Below are positions 53,590 to 64,000 of a DNA stretch of 64,000 nucleotides, one piece after another. Origin of the DNA: Octopus sinensis (lineage: Eukaryota). The position numbers and the translations under genes are program-made. The notes below the pieces were generated by a model. It was given only the letters and a program-made list of their open reading frames with translations, had not been told where the DNA came from and made no database searches. Every line of letters begins with the position of its first letter. Within the stretch, counting starts at the first letter, position 1. The stretch spans positions 102,052,001-102,116,000 of the forward strand of contig NC_042999.1 of NCBI RefSeq assembly GCF_006345805.1. The letters are read 5' to 3'.

Positions 53590-54510
53590 GGTGTTAGTTA
53601 ATGAAACACCTCCCAGTATTTGACTGCTACTTAATTTTATCTACCCCGGAGAGATCAAAGGCAAAGTTTACTATGGTAAGATAGAACATAAAAAGCCAGA
53701 ACAAATATCGCAAAGAATTTGTTGTTTTTTTTTGTCTGACGCTCTAATGATTCTGCTTAATATACCGCCCAAACTTCCTGCAAAATAATTATTTTTAATA
53801 TAGTCAGCAAGCTCGACCTTTTAGGAATAACAGCTAAATCTACTTTAAATATAGAAAGCAGCAACAGTCGATTATATCGACCGAACCAGCAACGGAGCCT
53901 CTCTGTTATCACCGGGCCTGCTAGAAATAGTAATCAAGCCTCTTTCAATCCACACAATCATCTTAGAAATGGATGCGTTGGTGCTGAATTCTTTGTACAA
54001 AGAAGAAAATGGTTCCTGTTATGATTTCTTTCATCATAGGTCTGTTTCATCAGGGTCGACCACAAGCTAAAAATAATTTTATCCGCCTCAAAATGTTGAT
54101 AAAGAAATTCGACTTCAGTGAAGGGATGCAACTAAATACATCAAAGCATTTTGCTCACCACTCCTCTAAAACTGCAACCTACTACCCTCTGAATTAAACA
54201 ACGGTTTGTTTATATGAATGGAGACAGAGCTTCACATTTGAGGAAAGGGTTGAAGACCGATTATATCGATTCCAGTACTTGGCTGATACTTATCGATATC
54301 TAAGGAAGGAAGAAAGATAAAGTTGATTTCGGCGGGACTTGAATTCAGAGCATTTCGAACAATTATTTCCAACTTGGCCGTAAGTATTTTATTGGCGGCT
54401 GAAGGACTAGATGATTAAACCGACCTCAGTACTTCAATGCTACCTTTTTTTATCGATCCCGGAAAGTTGAAAGGCAAAAGTTGACCCTAACGGAATTTGA
54501 ACTCGAAACC
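53590..54510 (-). mobile_element. Three degenerate SINE family B fragments
   Basis: aaaggcaaagtt / ggcgggacttgaattcagag / gaaaggcaaaagttgacc..gaatttgaactc motifs. Confidence 0.6.
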
Positions 54511-55570
54511 GTTCTCAGTTTCAATTAATAATAATGTAACTTCTTGGCAAACCCTTCCTTATAGATTAAAAATGAAAGAAAGAAAAAAAAAACCCGTCGA
54601 TTTGACCAATCATACAACTTTAGAAAGGCTGTTATCAATTATGAAGTTAACGACTACCTCTGCCCTTCACTCACCGCACCTTCAACACTATCGTACATTA
54701 ACACTTTACTACATTTACACACACACACACATACACACGGTTCTGGTTCGAACGCTCTTTAATGTTCTTTCGTTGAATATGTTATCGAAGTTGCAATCTG
54801 ACACCAAACCCCTACCACCAACTGCCTTTCACATCTAATACCAGCCAACCCCCATCTGTTCCCCTTCCTTTCCTTCTCTTTATTTCTATTCCACCAGCTC
54901 CCCTTGTACTTCCTCCCCCCGCTTCTAAACCCCCTCGTCTTTCCTCTATCCGGCCATACGCCCTACCACTTTTGTTGTTTGCCTTTTTAATAAGGGGAAC
55001 CAATTATTTGCATTGCAGTTTGAAGTCGTAATGAATGCAAACCCACCCGAAATGCACCCCACACCCTTATAATTCAAACAAGCTTGCTTCTAAAGACTAG
55101 GAAATAGTATTAACGGCAACGGTGGGGGTAGTGTGGTGAGTGATTATGACGACGACGATGGTGAATAGTAGTGGTAACAGTGTTTACAGTGGTGGTAACT
55201 GCTGCTGATTATTGTGGAAAAGGTAGTTGTTGACAGCGGTGGTGGGACGAGTTGAAACAGATAAAAGTGAGAATTCAAACTTGTCTACCAAGGACTAAAG
55301 AGAGGCTTGTTGGGGGGAAAAAAATGATTAAATAGCGAATATATTGCAAAGGCTACACCAAAAACTGATTCCTTTCCTATGGACATAGAATCAACTTAGT
55401 AAGTGGAGTGAAAAAGGAGGGAGCCAATAAAACCGATTACCGAAAGAAAAAAGAGGAAGAGGAAATATTATGAGGAAAAGGAGCAAGGAGAAAAAGAAGA
55501 AAAGAGTGTCAGGAGATGTAGGTATATCTTGTCACGATGACACCACTGGACTAATGTTAACAGAACTCCG

Positions 55571-56591
55571 GGATCTTTTCAATTCTGAAGCCAGGACCAC
55601 AGATCTTTCTACTTAACTAAATAATCTGAAACTTCGTATGCTGATAGAGTCTAGCAAAACAAGACACAGGTTGGAACTAGTTTATTTGAGAAAAATCTAT
55701 TTTATGACTTTAATCGTAGATTAAAACTGCGAATTTTAACCAATCAGATTGTTTGTTTTCATGTGTAAAACTTGACTGCATTCTATTAGTGTGACGTAGA
55801 AAGCGCTTTTGTGACAAGTTTTCCGTCGATTTCCGTAAAAAACTTTTATTTTTTTACATAAGTAATGAGAGCGAAAGAGACTAAGAGGAAGCGATTTTAT
55901 GACGAGGGAAGTTTGTCTTTGAAGTTACCGTCTATGGGAAGCATTGATGTACATGTGTGTGTGTGTGTGTGTGTTTGATGGGGTGTGGGAGACAGTATGT
56001 TGTGTAAGTGAAGTGCTTCTGTTAGTGTGTGTGAAGAGACAGAGAGAGTAATGTGTGAAAGAGAGAGATAACTGAAATTTTTTACTCGGTGTATGTGTAT
56101 ATGTATGTCTGCATGTATGTGTGTGTGTGTATGTATCTATGTATGTATGGCCGATTCATCGTAATTACGATGAATCGGCCATACATACATACACACACAC
56201 ATACATACACACACACACACATACTTACACATACATACACACACACATACATGCAGACATACATATACACATACATCGAGTAAAAAATTTCAGTTATCTC
56301 TCTCTTTCACACATTACTCTCTGTCTCTTCACACACGCTTGTTTACATTTAAGATGTTTAATACGTCACGAAATTGGTGGTCGAGACGGAGTAAATAAAG
56401 CCGAATGACGGAATATCATTGGTTAAAATTCTAATTATTAAACAACGTTAAACTTAGAAGTTACAATTCCGTTTTCATTCTGGTTTACAATTAAGTTTAC
56501 TTTTGACACATTCTACCAGTATACGAAGTTTCAAATTGTTTGGTTCAGTAGGAAAAATTTGAAAAAACTGGCTTCAGAATAGAAAAGATCC
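55571..56591. mobile_element. Large family D-related foldback element with perfect 8-bp TSD
   Basis: TIRs ggatcttttcaattctgaagccag / ctggcttcagaatagaaaagatcc; gaactccg at 55563-55570 and 56592-56599. Confidence 0.9.
56028..56336. repeat. Spacerless inverted repeat centred at 56164/56165
   Basis: Core tatggccgattcatcgtaa|ttacgatgaatcggccata is a perfect palindrome; outer arms gaagagacagagagagtaatg...tttactcg match their reverse complement. Confidence 0.92.
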
Positions 56592-56771
56592 GAACTCCGT
56601 TAGTATTTGAACCTAGAAACGGGAGGGTTGAAACTAAATCCCATAATGGATAATCCTTTGATAGTGTTCTGTCTATCTCTGATGTATTTGTTTATTGTGA
56701 CTAAGCATTAGGGGACTTATATGTTTCCAAGGGGGAGACCGAGGAATAATAATGATAATGATAATGATAAT

Positions 56772-57000
56772 GTCGGAGAAATTGGAATCGACATGAGGAC
56801 AGAGCAAGCCCTAAAAAACTGCTCTATTGGGGACAGCTAGGATTTTGAGATTGGTGCTTGGATGTTGAGTGTCTTCCACGATAAGTTAACATCCAGATAC
56901 CAAAACTTAAAATTTGCGGAAAGAGACCTTGTGAGACCTCTGGCAACAAGTTGCTGTCCGCTCTCACATAATCAACCAGAACAAGTAAGACCGAGAGCTC
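56772..57000 (+). pseudogene. R4/Dong-clade LINE 3' end following a (TAA/TGATAA) repeat
   Basis: KTALLGTARILRLVLGC* matches the QK..LLGTA.ILR.VL terminal motif of R4-clade ORFs; followed by a UTR-like tail. Confidence 0.65.
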
Positions 57001-58312
57001 TGAGAAGTATAATAATTCGAGGGGTTGTTACATATCGAGAAATCCTTTTTAATCAAAAATTACCCTTGTTCTTTCACACTTTAGATCAGTGTAGAAATGC
57101 AATGACACCCTGCATGTGGTCCTGTTGGTAACGAGGACTTAATGCTGAAAATAAGCCAGCAAGTTTACAAATACTTTACTATGCGTATGTGAAGTGTCCC
57201 TAAATGACATCTTGAAACCCCTTAGCTGCTAAAAGAGGAGAGTAATCTATATAGTCGCTCGACCTGCTAAAAAGTAGCAGACAAAACTTCTATAAATCAC
57301 GTTCAAAGGGTTCCAAAAATAACCTTCTCATCGCAGTTCAATGAAGATCAAATAAAAAAATTTACTGGCACTCTGCATAGAAAATTTTTAAAACTCTATT
57401 CTAAAGCTGACAATTTAGAAAAAATATAGAAAATTACTGCTTATTTGGTTTTATTTGTCATACTTTTGTATAATAAAATTATGACTAATAGTGTTTCAAG
57501 AAACCCAGCCATTATTAATTAGCATAGATTTTCTTAAGCTTTGAATTATATTTTAAAACATCTGCGGTGCATCATTTGAGAACTAACAACCTAGTTTTAA
57601 AGAATAAGGAAACTATGAAAAGTGTGAACCTGGGTTCACTGGTTTTAAGAGAAAAAAGACAAGATGGTCGTTGTTGGAATGCGTTTGATCATAGGTCTAC
57701 CGGATCAAAGTTGTCTGGAGAAAAATAACAATCTTGCCATCTGGGTTTCGCGAGCGTTTATATTTTGCTCTACACTTTTCACTACCATAAGCTAACTAGA
57801 CGGGTAGATAGACAGACAGACAGATAGATGGATGGATGGCTAGACGGAAGTTGAAATTTAATCTAGAAATGCTCCGTTCAAGTACCGTTGGAGTTCTTTT
57901 GCATTTCATCCTCCTTACAGGAATGATCATTCTTCGGATCGATACAACTGATGAAACATGAAAATATGCGTCTCGTGTACTACTGTAAGATTTAGTTCTA
58001 ACCAAAAGGGTTGGGGAAATAAAGTACCATTTCACGAAAATATAATGTATGAGTAAACGCATTTCTCTTTCTCTCTCATTCTCTCATAACGTGGGCAGAC
58101 CAAAATTTTATATATTAATTATTAAATATAAAACGGTAAAGGGTTTCCAGTTCAAACTATAGATGCTAATTTAACGCAAGAAAAATCATTAAATATCTAC
58201 TTTAATATTATGACAGGCACAACTTACCCTGGTTTTCAATATATACATATATAATTACACACCGGCTGTTGGTGATTTGTTCCTCTTCTTTGGACTTTTC
58301 CTTTTTTCCTTT

Positions 58313-58343
58313 CCGACGAAGAGTTATGATCGAAACGTCAAAA
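58313..58343 (+). ncRNA. Degenerate minimal hammerhead-like motif (PLE-terminus type)
   Basis: ccgacga-agagttatgatc-gaaa-cgtc; core has U to C change and weak stems. Confidence 0.3.
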
Positions 58344-58868
58344 TCTCTGAGCGTCAAACTAATATATTCTTTGTGCACGTCCCCGTTCGTTATTGCTAAT
58401 TTTATTGTTCGCGCTTCAAAATATCTCGTAATAAGTATTTCAAAGTAAGGCAGCGAGCTTGGCAGAAACGTTAGGTCTATATAACGTCCTTGGTTTGTAA
58501 AAATGTATACGGTAACGTCCTTTATTATTATTGTATATATAACATAATGCAAACGTGTAGCTTTTGTGTGCATTTTGTTAGCAGAAAATAAAGAAATAAC
58601 AGTAATAACGTTTAATAAATGTTGCTTACTGCAAGTTATGGATGAGTCTTTTATGACTTCATTGCTTTCAGGCTTAGCTTAAGATATTTTCGCACCCGAC
58701 ATCACAAAATGCGTCTGAATAAACATTACCGGACAGCAGAGACTGGGACATTTCTTAGAAAATAATTTTCATTTTTAACTACGTATATAGTACGCACTAG
58801 GGATTTTGACCTTTAAATTTTGTGGGGGAAAATGCGGATTATACTCGAGGATTTATGGTGTATATATA

Positions 58869-58909
<41 letters not shown>

Positions 58910-59361
58910 ATATATATATATATATTTACACACACGTGTGTGTATTATCTAACATCCGGTTTAATACCCAGTGCAAAACCGATTGGAAAGACAAATAAAT
59001 TAAAACTTAACCAAAATCCCTTACAAGCTATGACCCCCAACAAACTCTCATACTTTTCTTGACGTCTAGTATATTCTAAGCTACAGTAGTGGTAGCATAG
59101 ACTTTGTCTATGTTCTTGTTCTATTTGAGTATTTAAGTAAAATTATATCAGTTGGACACACTGATTAAAAAATTCCATTTATTTATGCAGCTGAGAGTAG
59201 CCCTGCATTTAAATTGATGCAATGGTTGCATTGTTCAATTAAATGGAACCGCTATAAACGGTCGTACTGCATCACCTCTGGATATCCTGTTATTTTGATT
59301 ATATATATATATATATGCTAGCATGGAAAACGGACGCTAAACGATGATGATGATATATATA

Positions 59362-59731
<370 letters not shown>

Positions 59732-59819
59732 AATGGTAGCATTTGTTAGCCGATACTTGTAGATGAGCTTGGTAAAGTAAACTACAAGTTTTATATCCAA
59801 ATTGAATTCACACACACAA

Positions 59820-59972
59820 TGCCTCTTTCAGTTTCTGTCGACTAAATCCATTCACAAAATATTGGTCGACCTGAGACTGTCGTAGAAGACACCTGCCCAA
59901 CGTGATACACAGTGGGACTGAACCCGAAAACATGGCTGGGAAGCGAACTTCTTACCACATAGCCATACCTGT
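59820..59972 (-). mobile_element. SINE family A, 5' half
   Basis: agtgggactgaacccg...cttcttaccacatagcc. Confidence 0.8.
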
Positions 59973-60072
59973 GTACAGAAGTCGGTATTGTTTTGTAAAT
60001 GTTCTTTTCTTCTCTTTATATATATATATATATATATATATAGCAATAATAATTCTCTAAACGAGGTATATA

Positions 60073-60317
60073 CAGTAACTGCTCCATAACATAAGGGACG
60101 TTAGCCATCCGAATATGGCTAGGGACAGGGCAGGGCGGTGGGGGTGTTACTGATGCATTTAGCCCCAGGCGATCATCAACGTCACCAGAAGGGCTGTGAT
60201 GGCGTCAGCCCTTCTGGTGACGTTGATGATCGCCTGGGGCTAAATGCATCAAGTAACACCCCCACCGCCCTGCCCTGTCCCTAGCCATATTCGGATGGCT
60301 AACGTCCCTTATGTTAT
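60073..60317. mobile_element. GC-rich near-perfect hairpin element (probable Tc1/mariner-type MITE)
   Basis: Arms 60086-60196 and 60206-60317 complementary with one indel and a 9-nt loop; begins TA|CAGTA; right end lost in (TA)n. Confidence 0.8.
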
Positions 60318-60332
60318 ATATATTATATATAT

Positions 60333-60385
<53 letters not shown>

Positions 60386-61419
60386 CGGAGATGTACTCGC
60401 ATAGCAAGTGACTTGATTTGAGATCGTGTGCTGAAACGAAAACAATTGCAGCGTGGAAGGTGTTTGTAAGCCATTTAAGAAACACACAAAAGCCGTTCGA
60501 TTCACTTCAACATTTAAGTTTAATTTGTCATATATATATATATATATATTGTAAAGTATGTGTACATTCCATATAAGTAACGATCACCTAGTTTAGAGAA
60601 GAAACACAGGCTAAATCAGAGGAAGAAATACAAGTTGAAGGAAAAGAAAAAGTAGAATAAAGAAGTAGAAGAATAAGAAATATGGGGAGAGAAGGGCGAT
60701 GGGTATATAAATACGCTGTCACGACAATTAACAACTGTCAATTCCATGTCATCAGCAGAAGGTCAACACATTCATCAAGGAGTAAGGTGGAGGGGGGAGT
60801 GATACTAATGTCTGTCTGCTCAGAAAGAAGAAAAGGTGGAGATAGTGGTGGGAGGAGCTATATGCATACATATATACACACACACATATGTATATATATA
60901 TATAAATATATAAATATAGATGTATGCAAAAAAAAGTAGGAGAAAGAGATAAACTGGGAGGCTCAGATATAAGGTGGTGGGAGGAGACAGACGATAGTTC
61001 AAGATATTCCTAGAGGTAATTCATAGATATGAATAACCTTAATAGATATGTCTATTTGCTTATTGTGGTGTTAGTGTGTTTGTGCAAGTCGGTATATTAG
61101 TGTCTGTAGATAAGAATATAATGGTATTTATGTGTGTAGTGAGGAGAAACACGTTCCGCTTGGGTTGATTTAATTAACCGTTGTCGAAATCAAGTAATGT
61201 CAAGCAGCCTTCAATAGTAAGGGTCAACTTCATTAGTAGCAGAAGTAGGTGGGGTGCGGCGTAGTCGAATAAAATTGCGACTGCGTAGCTACGAATGTGC
61301 GCACGCACACATATTTACGTATGTGTACATAGGTACATATTGTTTGGCCAAGAGATGTACTAAATAATATACACATTTTTTTTTAAACTATGGTTTTGCC
61401 GATTCCTTGCCGGGTATAT

Positions 61420-61453
<34 letters not shown>

Positions 61454-61619
61454 TGGTCGAGTCTATTACTACTTTGAATTTCACCTGTGGGTGCACTGGG
61501 TCTTCAAGCAAGTTATGACAAGTTTTTCCGATAGTCAACACTAAACGGAGATAATTACACATACACATAATCCTATCTTACTATAAACTAAAAGCATAAG
61601 GATTGAAATTTTTAGGTAT

Positions 61620-61910
61620 GGGTAAGTCGATCACATCGACTCCAGTACTCAACTGGTATACGTTCTGAGTTCAAATTCCGCCGAGGTCGACCCTTTCGGG
61701 GTCGATAAATTAAGTACCAGTTACGCATTGGGGGTCGATATAATCGACTTAATCTGTTTGTCCCCTCTATGTTTAGCCCCTTGTGGGTAATAAAGAAATA
61801 GGTATTTAATTTATCAGTCCCGAAAGGATGAAAGGCAAAGTCGACCTCGGCAGATTTTGAACTCAGAACGTATAGACGAACAAGATGCCACCAAACATTT
61901 TGTCCGGTCA
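61620..61910 (-). mobile_element. Minus-strand SINE family B interrupted by a plus-strand young family B copy (61659-61804)
   Basis: Host sequence ctggta|...|ggtatttaatttatc resumes after the insert; ggta duplicated. Confidence 0.85.
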
Positions 61911-62149
61911 GGTCACTGCTTATACAGACGAATAAGACAGCAAACAGGCACGCGAAATTCGAACGCCGTGTCTTCTGTAAACCTTATAACTGTGCTATCC
62001 ACTGCACGAAGGCGACGTATTAAACTTTAATATGTCGCTTTGGCGCAGTGGTTTAATAATTAAACCCTTGACCGTAATTGAATAAAGTAACTGTAATAAC
62101 ATACAAAGATCGGTCAATGAGAATCTTAGTCTACACACTATTCAAGATA

Positions 62150-62548
62150 TCTTTATATATAAAAGAGAAGTTGTGTGTCTGTCTCCTACGATTTAGATTC
62201 CTAACTACTCCCACATTTTGCGGTGCAGTTTAACCAAAACCGGGTATCTTATAGTCGTGATTCATATCGAGCCCTTCTGGGTATTAGCGCGCGTCTACGA
62301 TGAGTCTACGATTTAAAAAACAATTTACCATCATTTTTTCCCATTTTAATGCATTTTTTCGCTATTATATAAGGGAAATAACTCTCTAAAAATGTCTACG
62401 ATGAGTCAACGATTAAAAAAAAATTTACCATAATTTTTTTTCCATTTTCAATGCATTTTTTTTTTGATATTTTTTGGCTATAACTCTCTAAAAATGCTTA
62501 TATAGTTATTTCCCTTACAAACCGAGCAACGCCGGGCGATACTGCTAG
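62150..62548 (+). mobile_element. Non-autonomous Helitron
   Basis: A|TC 5' end (tctttatatataaaag), subterminal hairpin ccgagcaacgccgg, CTAG|T 3' end, no TSD; internal ~70-bp direct repeat (gtctacgatgagtc.acgatt...). Confidence 0.9.
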
Positions 62549-62986
62549 TAGCATTATATGTATGTTTGTTGGTACGCGAATGCATGTGTGGAGATGGACA
62601 AAGAAAAAGAAAAGAAAGAACGATAAGCCGATTGACAATGTTCAAATCATGAAACGTTACATCTGGTACGTATGACCGATAAGAAAAGGAAACATTAGGT
62701 TACAAACTACATCGCAATCTTTCCACAATAAATAATAAACTGAAAAAGAATTCTTCACAGGCTGTTCCCATGTGAAGAGCAGAGTGGTTACTGCAGCAAG
62801 CTACAGTCCTTACAGTATCAACTCCATGCGTAATCATCCCAAACAAACATACATATCTACAATACTCAAGAAAATTACTACATGAGCATCGTAAGAATAT
62901 TATCTCTCCACTCAGACCCGTTATCTTTAGCCGGATTGAGTAGGTATGCACACAGGTGTAACAGCAGTAACATTAAAATGATCATT

Positions 62987-63591
62987 AAGGCGATGAACTG
63001 GCAGAATCGTTAGCACGCCGGGCGAAATGTTTAGTGATATTTCGTCTACCTTTACGTTCTGAGTTCAAATTCCGCCGAGGTCGACTTTGCCTTTCATCCT
63101 TTCGGGGTCGATTAAATAAGCACCAGTTACGCACTGGGGTCGATGTAATCGACTTAATCCGTTTGTCCCCTCTGTGTGTAGCCCCTTGTGGGTAGTAAAG
63201 AAATAGGTATTTCGTCTGCCGCTACGTTCTGAGTTCAAATTCCACCGAGGTCGACTTTGCCTTTCATCCTTTTCGGGGTCGATAGATTAAGTACCAGTAA
63301 TGCACTGGGGTCGATGTAATCGACTTAATCCCTTTGTCTATCCTTGTTTGTCAACTCTATGTTTAGCCCCTTGTGGGCAATAAAGAAATAAGAAACGTTA
63401 GCACGCCGGGCAATGCACTTAGCGACATTTCGTTCGTCTTTATGTTATGTGTTCAAATTCTGCTGGGATCGATTTTACCTTTCATCCTTTCGGAGTCGAT
63501 AAAGTAAGTCCCGGTCGAGCACTGGGGTCGATGTAATTAACTTACCCCTCCCTCGAAATTGCTGGCCTTGTGCCAAAGTTTAAAACCAATA
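62987..63591 (+). mobile_element. Tandem array of three SINE family B units
   Basis: Units 62987-63205, 63206-63390, 63391-63591; the first two have the gtggg..aaagaaata tail, the third the ccttgtgccaaa tail. Confidence 0.9.
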
Positions 63592-63777
63592 ACATTAATA
63601 TGGTCATTAGACAAAGACAATGTACTCAGATAACTTTTTGTTTTCTTTTTAATTTTGGCATATGACCGGCAACTGATACTTATACTTCCCTGGTGGGATC
63701 TAACAAGACCGAAACATGTCTACTGGTGTCACCAGCTGGTTTTAAAGACAGGATCCACCCTTATCTACATTGTTTAG

Positions 63778-64000
63778 GGCTGTGGTTAAGAAGCTCACTT
63801 AGCAACCACGTAGTTTCGGGTTCAGTCCCACTGAACGGTAACTTGGGCAAATGCTTTCAATCATAGCCCCGAAGAGACCAAAGTCTTGGGTATTCAGAAA
63901 CTGTCTCTAAGTCCGTCATATAAATGTATAAGTGTGTACCTTTGTGTGCGTGTGCTTTTGTCCTCGCCCGCCCCCACTGCTTGATAACCAGTGTTGGTTT
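63778..64000 (+). mobile_element. SINE family A, cut by window edge
   Basis: ggctgtggttaagaagc...gggttcagtcccactg...cttgggcaaatg...gcttgataacc. Confidence 0.8.

Overview
AT-rich, repeat-saturated eukaryotic DNA, intronic or intergenic. The SINE and MITE families look like those of Octopus (coleoid cephalopod); this is recognition from memory, not a search result. No host protein-coding gene can be confidently called. Almost all ORFs in the track are translations of (TA)n/(CA)n/(CATA)n microsatellites or chance ORFs. The coding-derived sequence present is transposon debris. It includes a ~2.9-kb decayed Penelope-like element (RT with YRDD, C-terminal GIY-YIG, and a hammerhead ribozyme fold in its 3' region) and a full-length decayed Tc1 element. 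It also includes fragments of RTE, CR1/L2, L1/Tx1, R4/Dong and another RLE-type LINE, plus a non-autonomous Helitron. Non-coding structure is rich: three tRNA-derived SINE families (one with a central microsatellite, one forming self-nested tandem arrays, one with interchangeable 3' tails), a foldback MITE family with GGATC termini, 8-bp TSDs and telomere-like or palindromic cores, and several long hairpins. One candidate in-frame 135-bp minus-strand exon (17544-17678) may belong to an unidentified host gene.
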